Assembly: GCF_009831105.1 (NCBI RefSeq)
Contig: NZ_WUUQ01000001.1
Span: 480,001-512,000, forward strand
Origin: Copranaerobaculum intestinale
Lineage (GTDB): Bacteria > Bacillota_I > Bacilli_A > Erysipelotrichales > Erysipelotrichaceae
Direction: 5' to 3'
DNA: 32,000 nt
Below the pieces are notes generated by a model that saw only the letters and a list, made by a program, of their open reading frames with translations, ran no database searches and had not been told where the DNA came from. The position numbers and the translations under genes are program-made. Every line of letters starts with the position of its first letter. Position 1 is the stretch's first letter. Below, piece after piece: positions 1 to 9,875 of this stretch.

Positions 1-522
1 AAAGGAGTTCACCGTTTGGTGAGAATTTCACCCTTTGACGCTGGGGCAAGACGCCACACGTCTTTTGCGTCGGTGGATGTAATGCCGCAGTTCAATGATG
101 AAATTGAAATCGATATCAAGCCGGAAGATTTGATTGTGGAAACCAAGCGTGCCAGCGGAGCCGGCGGACAGCACATCAACAAAACTGACTCTGCCGTACG
201 CATGGTGCATAAGCCGACCGGATTGGTGGCAACCTGTCAGAACGGGCGTTCCCAGCATGAAAACCGTGAAGAAGCACTGCGTATTTTAAAAAGTCGCATC
301 TATCAGAAAATGATCGAAGAGCAAGAGGCAAAACTTGCGGCGATCAAGGGAGAACAAAAGGCAAACGAGTGGGGTTCCCAAATTCGTTCCTATGTTTTCC
401 ATCCTTACTCATTAGTAAAGGATGTGCGTACCGGTTATGAGACCGGCAATGTGCAGGGTGTGATGGATGGTGATCTCGATGAGTTCATCTACGCCTATTT
501 AAAATCACAAATACAATCCTAG
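1..522 (+). CDS. prfB: peptide chain release factor 2, C-terminal portion (5' end lies upstream of the window)
   Basis: Frame 1 is open from base 1 ([13 protein letters not shown]...). It has the RF2-type SPF tripeptide and the class-I release factor GGQ motif ([16 protein letters not shown]). Stop TAG at 520-522. Confidence 0.93.
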   Translation, partial: KGVHRLVRISPFDAGARRHTSFASVDVMPQFNDEIEIDIKPEDLIVETKRASGAGGQHINKTDSAVRMVHKPTGLVATCQNGRSQHENREEALRILKSRIYQKMIEEQEAKLAAIKGEQKANEWGSQIRSYVFHPYSLVKDVRTGYETGNVQGVMDGDLDEFIYAYLKSQIQS

Positions 523-553
523 CAGATGACCGAAAGGCCATCTGTTTATTTTT
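523..553 (+). terminator. rho-independent terminator after prfB
   Basis: CAGATGACC-gaaa-GGCCATCTG hairpin (8 of 9 bp paired) followed by TTTATTTTT. Confidence 0.7.
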
Positions 554-635
554 ACCATGATTTCACATAATTTCATAAGAATGCTTAACTATCTGCTCTT
601 TACTTACAGTGTCAATATTTTCATTTCTAAATGGG

Positions 636-664
636 TTAGATTTCGTAAAAGAGTATGTTATAAT
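636..664 (+). promoter_or_regulatory. candidate sigma-A promoter for ftsEX
   Basis: TTAGAT (636-641), a 17-nt spacer, then TGTTATAAT (extended -10, TATAAT at 659-664), about 20 nt upstream of the ftsE SD. Confidence 0.45.
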
Positions 665-686
665 ACATGGCGAAGGGAATGATAGT

Positions 687-1376
687 ATGATTCTTCTTGA
701 GAATGTTTCAAAAGAGTACAGAAACGGCGTTCATGCGCTTAAAAATATAAATTTACAGATTGAGGACGGCGAATTTGTCTATGTTATAGGGCCTACCGGA
801 TCAGGGAAATCCACATTGATTAAACTGCTTGACGGGGAAGAAATTCCCAACAGCGGTACGGTGATGGTGGAAAATGTCGATGTCGGCAAGCTGAAGCATT
901 CCCGGGTGCCGATCTATCGGCGTAATATCGGTGTGGTATTTCAGGATTATCGGCTGCTTCCAAGCTTGACAATTTTTGAGAATATCGCGTTTGCGCTGGA
1001 AGTGATCGGTGAGGACAAAGCAAAGGTGAGAAGACGGGTTCGTGAAGTTTTGGAGCTGGTTTCACTGTCAGAAAAAGCAAAAGCATTTCCAAATGAATTG
1101 TCCGGCGGACAGCAGCAGCGTGCTACGATCGGCAGAGCAATTGCCAATCATCCGAAAGTGCTGATTGCCGATGAGCCGACCGGCAACCTGGATCCGGAAA
1201 AATCTATTGAGATTATGGAATTGTTGGAGAAAATTAATAAAGATCAAAATACGACCATCGTCATGGTAACGCATGACAGTACGATCGTCGACCGTTTTAA
1301 AAAACGCACGATTGCCTTGGAAGAAGGGTTTGTGGTTGCGGACATCATGAAGGGAGGCTACATCCAGCATGATTAA
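687..1376 (+). CDS. ftsE: cell-division ABC transporter ATP-binding protein FtsE
   Basis: Walker A GPTGSGKST, signature LSGGQQQR, Walker B LIADEPTGNLD, about 229 aa, directly followed by ftsX. Start moved from the ORF-track GTG at 609 to ATG 687, which has a GAAGGGA SD upstream. Confidence 0.93.
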   Translation: MILLENVSKEYRNGVHALKNINLQIEDGEFVYVIGPTGSGKSTLIKLLDGEEIPNSGTVMVENVDVGKLKHSRVPIYRRNIGVVFQDYRLLPSLTIFENIAFALEVIGEDKAKVRRRVREVLELVSLSEKAKAFPNELSGGQQQRATIGRAIANHPKVLIADEPTGNLDPEKSIEIMELLEKINKDQNTTIVMVTHDSTIVDRFKKRTIALEEGFVVADIMKGGYIQHD

Positions 1377-2274
1377 TTTCATCAAGAGCCTGCCTTATCA
1401 TTTTAAGACAGCGGTCAAAAGCTTTGGACGCCATCTTGCGATGTCTATGTCCGCAGCCTCAGCAGTAACTGTTACATTATCGCTGGTCGGAGTATTTATG
1501 TTGCTGGCGGCAAATGTCAGTTCATTTACCACCAACGTAGAAAGCGGTATCAAAATACGCGTAACCATTGATCCGATTACCACCAAAGAGGAGCGAAGCT
1601 CTTTAAAGACTCAAATTTTATCAATAGATGGTGTGGATAAGGTTACTTTTTCCAGTAAGGAAAATGAATTAAAAGAGTTTGTAAAAGAAAAAGGCGATAT
1701 CTGGGATATCTATAAAGGGGATGGAAATCCTCTTCGGGACGCCTATATCGTTGATGTGAAAGAAGCGAAAAAAAGCGATATTAAGAATATATCGGATACG
1801 ATCAAGAAATTGGATAAAGTTGAGAAGACCTTTTACGGCGGTGACAGTGTCAATGATATGATCGATGTTTTTACAGCCATTCGTAATGGCGGTGCTGTAT
1901 TTATTGCGGCCTTAGCTGTACTGACGGTCTTTCTGATTCAAAATACGATCAAAATGACGATTTATGCCCGCAATCGGGAAATCTCCATTATGCGAAATGT
2001 CGGCGCAACGAATTGGTTCATCAAAACTCCGTTTATGATCGAAGGCATGTTCATCGGTCTGATCGGTTCGATTATGCCGATGATGCTTACATACTTTGGC
2101 TACCGCTATTTATATCATTCTATGGGAGGAAAATTCTTCACGAACATGTTTGCCCTGCAGTCGGTCAATTCGCTGGCACTCTCTATTTGCGGAGCATTAC
2201 TGCTGTTCGGAGTTATTGTTGGTATGATCGGAAGCTTCCTTTCTGTAACAAAATATTTGAAGTGGAAGCGTTAA
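1369..2274 (+). CDS. ftsX: cell-division ABC transporter permease FtsX
   Basis: One N-terminal TM segment, a large extracytoplasmic loop and a C-terminal FtsX-type 3-TM bundle. 8-nt ATGATTAA overlap with ftsE; GAAGGGAGG SD. Confidence 0.9.
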   Translation: MINFIKSLPYHFKTAVKSFGRHLAMSMSAASAVTVTLSLVGVFMLLAANVSSFTTNVESGIKIRVTIDPITTKEERSSLKTQILSIDGVDKVTFSSKENELKEFVKEKGDIWDIYKGDGNPLRDAYIVDVKEAKKSDIKNISDTIKKLDKVEKTFYGGDSVNDMIDVFTAIRNGGAVFIAALAVLTVFLIQNTIKMTIYARNREISIMRNVGATNWFIKTPFMIEGMFIGLIGSIMPMMLTYFGYRYLYHSMGGKFFTNMFALQSVNSLALSICGALLLFGVIVGMIGSFLSVTKYLKWKR

Positions 2275-2295
2275 TCGAATACAAGGAGGAGCGAC

Positions 2296-3687
2296 ATGAA
2301 GAGGAAATTACTTGTAGGCATAGCGGCTGCGTGTATGATTCTGCCCCTTTCATCGAATATTGAGGCAAATGAATTCAGCGGGAATGAGGATTACTGGCAG
2401 AACAAGTGCAGTGTTCCGCAGCAGACGCAGGCGGAAGCAAATCAATGTCTGCGCTTTCGCGATTATTTGGCTCAGAAGCAAAATGAATTACAGAATAGTT
2501 TAGCCGGCTTGGATAAAGAACTGGCTAATGCGAAGGGCAATGCCAAAGATTTGGCAGCGCTCGTTAATAAATATTCAAAAGAAATTGATAAGCTGGATAG
2601 TGATATTGCGTTGAAAGAATCGGCTTTGAATACGATTCGCAACAGTATTGCGGAGCTGGATGGCAAAATCATTAAAATCAAAGCGAATATTGATCTGCGT
2701 GATGAAAGTATTAAAAAACGGATGATTTCAGAACAACCGATGCTGGGTTCAAACATGTACATAGATTTTATTATGGGTGCTAAGGACTTGGTCGATCTTA
2801 TGCGGATCATGGATGGAATTCAGGAAATTACAAAAAATGACCAGGATCAGATCGAATCCTTGAAAAAAGATAAGGAAGAGCTGGACCTAGCTAAGGGTGA
2901 ACAAAAGCGTCTGGAGGCTGAAGCTCAAACCGCAAAAGACGATCTGGAAGAACAGAAGGCGGTTCAGGTCACGATGCGCACAAAAACAGAAGCAGCCTTG
3001 GCAGAATATCAGAAGCTGCAGGCATCAATCGAAGAAAAAATGCGTAATGCCAAAGTGAACATCAGTGATCTTCAGTCTGGTATGAACAACATCAATATCG
3101 GTACCGGCGGAGATACCAGCGGCGGTGAGGATCCAAACGGGTTCACGCGGCCGGTTCCCGGTTCCTATATCACAGAACGTCCGTTCTATTACAGTGGCGG
3201 CGGACCGCACCTTGGGGTAGATTATGCGGTATCCTACGGAACCAATATCGTGGCACCGTCTAATTCACTGGTTATGTATGCAAATAATCCCATATCAAAA
3301 GATAACGGATATAACTTAGGCTCTATGGTGGGACATCCGGCAGGAGCTGGAAACAGTATTTCTCTGCTTACTCAGGTAAACGGAACGACATACGCTATCA
3401 GTTTCTTCCATTTGCGGCAGGCAAATTTCTACGCGAAAGGAAAAAGCTCGGTAGCCCGCGGTGAAATCATCGCACAGGCTGGCTCCAGCGGTAATTCTAC
3501 TGGTCCACATTGTCATATTGAGGTTATCTATCTTGGAAATATGTCTTTGGTGGAAGCTGCCGGCCGGTTTAACCGGACAGCGGACTTCGCCTATGGTGCA
3601 GGTTGGGGCTATACCGGCGCTGCGAGCGCTTGCGAGAATGGCCGCAGAGTTCCATGCCGAGAACGTCCGGAAAATCTATTCCCATAA
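2296..3687 (+). CDS. secreted coiled-coil M23 (LytM-type) peptidoglycan metalloendopeptidase, likely FtsEX partner
   Basis: Signal-peptide-like N-terminus, about 250 aa of heptad-like E/K/L/A-rich sequence, then an M23 domain with HLGVDYA (HxxxD) and GPHCHIEV (HxH). AAGGAGG SD. Confidence 0.85.
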   Translation: MKRKLLVGIAAACMILPLSSNIEANEFSGNEDYWQNKCSVPQQTQAEANQCLRFRDYLAQKQNELQNSLAGLDKELANAKGNAKDLAALVNKYSKEIDKLDSDIALKESALNTIRNSIAELDGKIIKIKANIDLRDESIKKRMISEQPMLGSNMYIDFIMGAKDLVDLMRIMDGIQEITKNDQDQIESLKKDKEELDLAKGEQKRLEAEAQTAKDDLEEQKAVQVTMRTKTEAALAEYQKLQASIEEKMRNAKVNISDLQSGMNNINIGTGGDTSGGEDPNGFTRPVPGSYITERPFYYSGGGPHLGVDYAVSYGTNIVAPSNSLVMYANNPISKDNGYNLGSMVGHPAGAGNSISLLTQVNGTTYAISFFHLRQANFYAKGKSSVARGEIIAQAGSSGNSTGPHCHIEVIYLGNMSLVEAAGRFNRTADFAYGAGWGYTGAASACENGRRVPCRERPENLFP

Positions 3688-3690
3688 ACG

Positions 3691-3717
3691 AAAACGGGTT
3701 TTACAGCCCGTTTTTTT
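3691..3717 (+). terminator. rho-independent terminator after the M23 peptidase gene
   Basis: AAACGGG-ttttacag-CCCGTTT stem-loop running into a T7 tract. Confidence 0.75.
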
Positions 3718-3740
3718 CATCCGATAAAATTCTTAAACTA

Positions 3741-3749
3741 TGGTATAAT
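3741..3749 (+). promoter_or_regulatory. candidate extended -10 promoter element for the FemAB-family gene
   Basis: TGGTATAAT (TGnTATAAT) about 25 nt upstream of the AAAGGAAG SD. No good -35 seen. Confidence 0.35.
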
Positions 3750-3775
3750 AAACAATACGTAAAGGAAGATGCAGT

Positions 3776-5044
3776 ATGAAATTTGTAGAATTGACGAAAA
3801 CGGAATTTGACCAGTATGCCAAAGCTTATGAAAATGCTCATTTTTGGCAGAGTATCGATATGGGAGAGCTGCGGGAATGGAATGGCTGGAAGGTAGTATA
3901 TGTAGGGCTGAAGCAGGATGATACCGTACATGCGGCGGCAATGCTTTCATACCGAAATCTTTTTCTTGGCACTACGCAGGCACAGATCATGCGGGGCATG
4001 CTGATCGATTATCATAATCGGGATTTATTGGAGCAGTTTCAGAAAGGACTGCTAACGTATTTAAAAACCATTCGCTGTATGTATCTGAAAGTTGATCCAT
4101 ATGTGTGGTATCAACAGCGTGATATCAATGGTGATGCAGTACCTGGCGGCATTCATAATCAGGATGTCGTAGACAGCTTTTTGGCCATGGGATACCAGCA
4201 TACGGGATTTATTCGCGGATATGACGATACGAGTGAACCGCGCTGGATGTTTGCTTTAAATCTGAAGGGTGAAACACCTGAAACATTGCTGAAAAAGTTT
4301 GATCAGCGGGCTCGCCGCAATATCAATAAAACAAAAAAATTCAATCTGCGGATACGTGAAATGACGCTGGCGGATCTTCCTCAATTTAAACGCATGACCG
4401 AGCATACATGTGAAAGACGCGGCTTCTCCGATCATACCATGCATTATTATGAAGGCATGATGACCATCTTTAAAAAATATGATCATATCAAAGCGCTGTG
4501 TGCGGAGCTTGATGTATCGGCTTATCAAAAGACGCTGATGGAAGAAGCGGAAAAGCTGAAGCAGGAGCTGGCAAAGGCTGAAGAAAAGTGGAACAGCCAG
4601 CCGGAGAATAAAAAGCTGCCGAAGCGTATCGAAGAATTGAAAACAGCTCAGGGTGTAAATTGTAAAAAACAGGAGGAAGCGGCAGAGCTCGCCAAAGAAG
4701 GAGATGTGCTTTTTCTGGCAGCGGCTTACTTTATTACATATGGCAAGGAAGTCATGTATCTGTTTTCAGCGGCTTACGATCACTATATGAAGTTTAATGC
4801 TCCCTATGCGCTGCAGTGGACCATGATGCAGTATGGTATGGAGCATGGGTTTGATCAGTATAATTTTTATGGTATCTCCGGTATTTTCAATGAATCTGCG
4901 GAGGATTGGGGTATCTATGAGTTTAAAAGAGGTTTTTCAGGCTATGTTATTGAATTGATCGGTGATTTTCAGTATATCTGTAAGCCGGGCATATACCGAC
5001 TATATCAAGCTCTGCGGAAAATAAAACATGTGATACGTAAATAA
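3776..5044 (+). CDS. FemAB-family peptidoglycan interpeptide-bridge aminoacyltransferase (FemX/MurM-like)
   Basis: About 420 aa. Two GNAT-like lobes split by a charged helical insert (KTLMEEAEKLKQELAKAEEKW...), and a C-terminal YNFYGISG...YEFKRGFSG motif typical of FemABX/MurM. Confidence 0.8.
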   Translation: MKFVELTKTEFDQYAKAYENAHFWQSIDMGELREWNGWKVVYVGLKQDDTVHAAAMLSYRNLFLGTTQAQIMRGMLIDYHNRDLLEQFQKGLLTYLKTIRCMYLKVDPYVWYQQRDINGDAVPGGIHNQDVVDSFLAMGYQHTGFIRGYDDTSEPRWMFALNLKGETPETLLKKFDQRARRNINKTKKFNLRIREMTLADLPQFKRMTEHTCERRGFSDHTMHYYEGMMTIFKKYDHIKALCAELDVSAYQKTLMEEAEKLKQELAKAEEKWNSQPENKKLPKRIEELKTAQGVNCKKQEEAAELAKEGDVLFLAAAYFITYGKEVMYLFSAAYDHYMKFNAPYALQWTMMQYGMEHGFDQYNFYGISGIFNESAEDWGIYEFKRGFSGYVIELIGDFQYICKPGIYRLYQALRKIKHVIRK

Positions 5045-5066
5045 ACAAGACGTTTGTCTTGTTTTC
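5045..5066 (+). terminator. rho-independent terminator after the FemAB-family gene
   Basis: ACAAGAC-gttt-GTCTTGT hairpin followed by TTTT. Confidence 0.6.
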
Positions 5067-5090
5067 ATATATTAGGAAATGGTTGTATGA

Positions 5091-5119
5091 TTCAATGAAA
5101 GGTGTTATAAAAGTATAAT
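5091..5119 (+). promoter_or_regulatory. candidate sigma-A promoter for the S41 protease / uvrB transcription unit
   Basis: TTCAAT (5091-5096), 17-nt spacer, TATAAT (5114-5119). Confidence 0.4.
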
Positions 5120-5145
5120 AGAATATTTACATTGAGGTGAAGATC

Positions 5146-6633
5146 ATGGAAGAAAAGAAAAAAGTAGTGAGGTATAAGCTGGTCAGACATAAGTGGCCGG
5201 ATGAGATAGCGGCGGAAAAGGCTAAACGGACACACCGAATCATGACAGCAGCTTTTTGTGTAGTCTGCTTTGTCATCGGTTTTCTGTCTTCCATGCTGCT
5301 TGATAAGAATTCGATAACGGCGAATGAGGATGCTAAAAAGCTGCAGACAATCTATGAGGTAATGCATGATAAATGGTATTTCGGCAAGGATAAAAAGAAG
5401 TTGTCATCCACATTATATAATGGTGCGATAACCGGCATGGTAGACAGTGGGAAAGACCCGCATACTGTCTATATGGACGCACAGCAGGCAAATGACTTTA
5501 CCAGTTCTTTGCAGGGCAGCTTTGTGGGAATCGGCATTCAATATTATTCAGACGGGCATATGGGAATTGTAAGCCGCGTGTTTAAGGGCTCTCCGGCAGA
5601 AGAAGCCGGGATGATCGAAAATGATCACATCGTGAAAGTAGCAGGGAAGTCAGTTGAAGGAATGACGGCCGATGAGATCAGTGAAATCGTGAAGGGCAAA
5701 GCCGGCACAAAAGTGAAAATCAGCGTTTTGAGAGAGAACAAGGAAGTTACTTTGAATGTAGAGCGTAGAAAAGTGGAAAGCTCTGTTGTCGGTTATGTCA
5801 AAGAAGGACAGATTGGTGTACTGGAGGTTACTTCCTTTGCAGAAACGACCGGTTCAGAGGTAGGCAAATATCTGGAATCATTTAAGCAGCAGGGCGTAAA
5901 AAAACTGATTGTGGATTTTCGCAATAATTCCGGAGGTTATTTAACCGCGGCGCAGCAGATGGCAAGTTACTTTACCCCGCAGAATAAAACTGTATTTATT
6001 GAAGAAACTAAGGATGGAACCAGAACGAAATATAAGACTCTGGAAAAGTATCCGTTGTATCGTTATGATCAGATCGCGGTTTTGGTAAATAATGATACAG
6101 CCAGCGCGGCCGAGGTGCTGACCGGTTTCTTGAAGGAACAGGTAAACGCCAAGGTTGTCGGAGAAACTACGTATGGTAAAGGTACTGCTCAGGTTACGCA
6201 GTCTTTTGATGACGGCAGTGTATTAAAATATACGACCTCACAGTGGTTTACCTCCAAAGGGAAAAAGGTAAACGGTGTCGGTATCAAGCCCGATTATGTG
6301 GTAAGTCTTGATCCGGCATTGAGCATTGGGCTGTCTAGGGATATCAAAAAAGAGAAATTTAAGGTTGACAGTGTTTCTGAGGCTTGTGTTGCGGCACAGT
6401 ATTATTTGAAATTCATTGGTTATGATGTGGATCGTACCGATGGCTATTTCTCAGTAAAGACGGAACAGGCGCTGCGGCAGTATCAGCAGGATAAGGGACT
6501 TGAAGTAACAGGAGTCATCAATAAAAAGGTCATTTTGTCGCTGAATTCTTCGGCATCGATCTATTGGCATGAACACAATGATACACTCGATACACAAATG
6601 ATAAAGGCGGTTGATGTCGTTCATGGAAAATAA
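5146..6633 (+). CDS. S41-family carboxyl-terminal processing protease with PDZ and C-terminal peptidoglycan-binding domains
   Basis: N-terminal TM anchor, PDZ ([26 protein letters not shown]), S41 core (DFRNNSGGY ... NNDTASAAE ... GETTYGKGT) and a PG_binding_1-like tail ([24 protein letters not shown]). Start ATG 5146 follows GAGGTGA; the track start 5137 is a GTG inside that SD. Confidence 0.88.
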   Translation: MEEKKKVVRYKLVRHKWPDEIAAEKAKRTHRIMTAAFCVVCFVIGFLSSMLLDKNSITANEDAKKLQTIYEVMHDKWYFGKDKKKLSSTLYNGAITGMVDSGKDPHTVYMDAQQANDFTSSLQGSFVGIGIQYYSDGHMGIVSRVFKGSPAEEAGMIENDHIVKVAGKSVEGMTADEISEIVKGKAGTKVKISVLRENKEVTLNVERRKVESSVVGYVKEGQIGVLEVTSFAETTGSEVGKYLESFKQQGVKKLIVDFRNNSGGYLTAAQQMASYFTPQNKTVFIEETKDGTRTKYKTLEKYPLYRYDQIAVLVNNDTASAAEVLTGFLKEQVNAKVVGETTYGKGTAQVTQSFDDGSVLKYTTSQWFTSKGKKVNGVGIKPDYVVSLDPALSIGLSRDIKKEKFKVDSVSEACVAAQYYLKFIGYDVDRTDGYFSVKTEQALRQYQQDKGLEVTGVINKKVILSLNSSASIYWHEHNDTLDTQMIKAVDVVHGK

Positions 6634-8599
6634 ATTATTTGATTTGGTTTCGGAATATAAGCCGCAGGGTGATCAGCCCAAGGCAATCAGGGAATTGGTA
6701 AAGGGAATTGAAGAAGGTAAGAAAACACAAGTGCTGCTGGGAGCTACCGGAACCGGAAAAACCTTTACTGTGTCAAACGTAATTGCGCAGGTGAATAAGC
6801 CTACGCTCGTTTTTGTGCATAATAAAACCCTCGCCGGACAGTTGTATTCTGAATTCAAAGAATTTTTTCCGAACAACCGGGTTGAATATTTTGTATCAAA
6901 CTTTGATTATTACCAACCGGAAGCCTATTTGCCAAGCAGTGATACTTATATTGATAAGAATGCGACGACCAATCAAGAACTGGATATGCTGCGAATGGCT
7001 GCGGTCAACTCCATTCTGGAGCGCAGAGATACGATCATCATCGCATCGGTAGCCTGCATTTACGGTGCCAGCAATCCGGATCAGTACCGAGAGATGTTCT
7101 TCACCATTCGGGTTGGGGAAAAGATTGATCGAAAGAAGCTTTTAGGACAGCTGGTAGCCCGCCAATACACTCGCAATGATATTGATTTACAGCGGGGATG
7201 TTTTCGCGTGCGCGGCGATAGTATTGAAATTGCATTCGGACATACGGATGCTTATTTACTGCGGATTGAATTGTTCGATGATGAAATCGAACGAATCTGT
7301 GAGGTGGATGCACTGACCGGTAAAGTGCTGAATGCCTATACTGTATATGTCGTTTATCCGGCAAGCGGTTATGCGACCAATCACGATATCATACTGCGCG
7401 CCTGTAAAACGATCAAGGAAGAGCTGGATGATCGTCTTGCATATTTTGAAAAGGAAGGCAAGCTGTTGGAGAAACAGCGGCTGGAACAGCGTGCTACCTA
7501 TGATATTGAAGCGCTGCGGGAGTTTGGTGTATGTCCTGGCATTGAGAACTACTCACGGCATATTGACGGACGCCAGCCCGGAGTTCGACCTTATACGCTG
7601 TTTGATTATTTTCCGGATGATTTTTTACTGATTGTAGATGAATCCCATGTATCATTGCCGCAGGTACGCGGTATGTATAATGGCGATCGGGCCCGTAAAG
7701 AGGTATTGGTGAATTACGGCTTCCGATTGCCAAGTGCGTTAGACAACCGTCCTATGCGATTTGAGGAATTTGAAGGGCTGATCAATCAGGCAATTTTTGT
7801 TTCGGCTACGCCTGGTGACTATGAGCTGGAAACGACTCATGGTGAAGTAATCGAACAGATCATTCGTCCGACCGGTCTGCTGGATCCGGAAGTAGAGGTT
7901 CGTCCGACAATGGGTCAGATCGATGATCTGGTTGATGAGATCAGAACCAGAATTGAACGCAACGAGCGTACGCTGGTAACCACCCTGACCGTGCGTATGG
8001 CGGAAGATTTGACGGCTTATCTGAAGGGTATGGACTTCAAAGTAGCGTGGCTGCACCATGAAGTCAAAACGATCGAGCGTACGGAAATTATCCGCGATTT
8101 GCGTAAAGGAAAATATGATGTATTGATCGGTATCAACCTGCTTCGTGAAGGACTGGATATTCCTGAAGTATCCTTAATTGCGATTTTGGATGCGGATAAG
8201 GAAGGCTTCTTGCGTTCATCTCGTTCGCTGGTACAGATCATCGGACGTGCGGCGCGAAATGCCCATGGCCGCGTAATTATGTACGGCGATAAAATAACTG
8301 ATTCCATGCAGTACGCATTGGATGAGACCAACCGCCGACGCAGTATTCAGATTGCCTATAACAAAGAACATGGCATTGTGCCGAAAACGATCATCAAGCC
8401 GATCCATGAGGCTGTCCATAGTAAAGAAACGCAGGAAATGACGGCGAAATATATTAACAAAAAAGCGAAACTGGGTAAAAAGGACAAAGAGAAGATGCTC
8501 ACAAATATTGAAAAAGAAATGCGGGAAGCCGCGAAAGTACTCGACTTTGAACGTGCGGCAGAGCTGCGCGATATCCTTTTGGAGCTTAGAAACGAGTAG
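6614..8599 (+). CDS. uvrB: excinuclease ABC subunit B
   Basis: [10 protein letters not shown], Walker [14 protein letters not shown] box ([11 protein letters not shown]), helicase motifs and a C-terminal UVR domain ([11 protein letters not shown]). The start is ambiguous: ATG 6614 or ATG 6623 ([10 protein letters not shown] aligns best with B. subtilis UvrB as I remember it). It overlaps the end of the protease gene. Confidence 0.95.
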   Translation: MSFMENKLFDLVSEYKPQGDQPKAIRELVKGIEEGKKTQVLLGATGTGKTFTVSNVIAQVNKPTLVFVHNKTLAGQLYSEFKEFFPNNRVEYFVSNFDYYQPEAYLPSSDTYIDKNATTNQELDMLRMAAVNSILERRDTIIIASVACIYGASNPDQYREMFFTIRVGEKIDRKKLLGQLVARQYTRNDIDLQRGCFRVRGDSIEIAFGHTDAYLLRIELFDDEIERICEVDALTGKVLNAYTVYVVYPASGYATNHDIILRACKTIKEELDDRLAYFEKEGKLLEKQRLEQRATYDIEALREFGVCPGIENYSRHIDGRQPGVRPYTLFDYFPDDFLLIVDESHVSLPQVRGMYNGDRARKEVLVNYGFRLPSALDNRPMRFEEFEGLINQAIFVSATPGDYELETTHGEVIEQIIRPTGLLDPEVEVRPTMGQIDDLVDEIRTRIERNERTLVTTLTVRMAEDLTAYLKGMDFKVAWLHHEVKTIERTEIIRDLRKGKYDVLIGINLLREGLDIPEVSLIAILDADKEGFLRSSRSLVQIIGRAARNAHGRVIMYGDKITDSMQYALDETNRRRSIQIAYNKEHGIVPKTIIKPIHEAVHSKETQEMTAKYINKKAKLGKKDKEKMLTNIEKEMREAAKVLDFERAAELRDILLELRNE

Positions 8600-8607
8600 G
8601 AGGGTCT

Positions 8608-9744
8608 ATGGTTTTTGATAAGAAATTTAATTTTACCCTGAAGCATATTCTGTTGATCATCACCTATGCGGCTTGTATGGTTTTGGTGATACTGAATTTT
8701 CAGGATTTAAAGCGCTGGTTTTTCGATGTGCTGGGGCTTTTGCGTCCGTTCGTGTACGCGTTTGGACTTGCTTATGTATTTCAGCTGCCGATGAAATTTT
8801 TTGACCGCAAACTGCCGGAATCGATTAACAGGTTCCGTAAAGGACTCTGTGTGATTCTGAGTCTTTTGGTCATCCTGATCGTAGCTGCCTTTATTTTTCA
8901 AATTGTCGTACCTCAGCTGTTAGACAGTCTGTTGGCTTTTATCGATAAATTCCCGGCGTATGTGGAGTCGCTGCAAAAGGAAATCGTCAATCTGATCGAT
9001 AAATTTGAAATTAACGGCGCGGTGGAACAGCAGTTAAATAATTATTCAGATCAGATACAGGAAGGTATCATGTCTGTGCTGACAAATCTGGTGCCGGCTC
9101 TTGTCGATGTGACAAAGGGGATTACTTCAGGGGTCACCAATCTGTTTTTGACCTTGGTCATTACCGTATATTTTATTATTAGCAAAGATAAACTAATCAA
9201 ACAAACCAAGCGCATGATGTATGCTTTTACTCCGGATAAGGCAAACGATTATCTGACTCATGTTGCCGCGATCGCGAATCGCACCTTTGCGAGCTTTATC
9301 AGCGGTCAGCTGATCGAAGCGGTCATCATTGGGGTACTGTGTTATATCGGATGTCTGATTCTGCGCTTTCCCTATGCGCCGATACTTTCAGTGATCATCG
9401 GCTGTACCAATGTCATACCGATTTTCGGTGCGATCATGGGCGTTGGCATCAGCGCTTTGCTGGTAGCGTTCGTTAATCCGATCCAGGGCTTATTTTTTAT
9501 CGTATTCGGAATCTGTCTCCAGCAGTTTGAATCAAATTTGATCTATCCCCGCGTGGTCGGAAATTCGGTTGGTCTGTCCGGATTATGGGTATTGTTTGCG
9601 ATAACGATCGGCGGCGGACTGTTTGGCTTTATGGGCATGCTGCTGGGGCTTCCGGCCTTTGCTGTTTGCTATACCCTGCTGCGTGAAGAAATGAATCGCC
9701 GAATTGAAAAGAAAACACAGAAGAAAGCTTCAACAACAGCCTGA
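8608..9744 (+). CDS. AI-2E family (PerM/YhhT-like) integral membrane transporter
   Basis: About 378 aa with roughly 8 hydrophobic segments. Family-typical C-terminal block (FGAIMGVGI...QQFESNLIYPRVVG...GL). AGGAGGG SD; only 8 nt after the uvrB stop. Confidence 0.8.
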   Translation: MVFDKKFNFTLKHILLIITYAACMVLVILNFQDLKRWFFDVLGLLRPFVYAFGLAYVFQLPMKFFDRKLPESINRFRKGLCVILSLLVILIVAAFIFQIVVPQLLDSLLAFIDKFPAYVESLQKEIVNLIDKFEINGAVEQQLNNYSDQIQEGIMSVLTNLVPALVDVTKGITSGVTNLFLTLVITVYFIISKDKLIKQTKRMMYAFTPDKANDYLTHVAAIANRTFASFISGQLIEAVIIGVLCYIGCLILRFPYAPILSVIIGCTNVIPIFGAIMGVGISALLVAFVNPIQGLFFIVFGICLQQFESNLIYPRVVGNSVGLSGLWVLFAITIGGGLFGFMGMLLGLPAFAVCYTLLREEMNRRIEKKTQKKASTTA

Positions 9745-9758
9745 GGGCTGTTTTTTTC
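9736..9758 (+). terminator. rho-independent terminator after the AI-2E transporter gene
   Basis: ACAGCC-tgag-GGCTGT hairpin (the stop codon sits in the loop) followed by T7. Confidence 0.65.
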
Positions 9759-9875
9759 AGGCTGCTTTCACGGAAATCGTAACCTGCCATTGCGATGGAT
9801 TCACTATGGGTGTCTTTTTTACGCATAGACTGTCTTTTACTGCCGCACACTAATCCTGTAAAGGAGTGAATGTAT

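Noticed and set aside
1-60. The programmed +1 frameshift site of prfB.
   Set aside because: The frameshift site lies near codon 25 of prfB, upstream of this window. Only the C-terminal part of the gene is present, so nothing can be said.
609-686. N-terminal extensions in the ORF track. These affect ftsE at 609, the S41 protease at 5137, the MGMT-like gene at 10643, the Zn-ribbon gene at 10991, uvrA at 11399, trxB at 16578, rapZ at 17584, the small TM protein at 21192, the micro-ORF at 22474, the minus-strand membrane protein at 23957 and agaS at 24074.
   Set aside because: In each case an internal ATG sits 5-10 nt after a strong GGAGG-like SD and reproduces the family-typical N-terminus. Several of the extensions begin at GTG/TTG inside a terminator or inside the SD itself.
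2013-2363. 116-aa + strand ORF overlapping the ftsX 3' end and the M23 gene 5' end.
   Set aside because: It is an alternative frame of two confident genes, with no SD and no recognisable motif.
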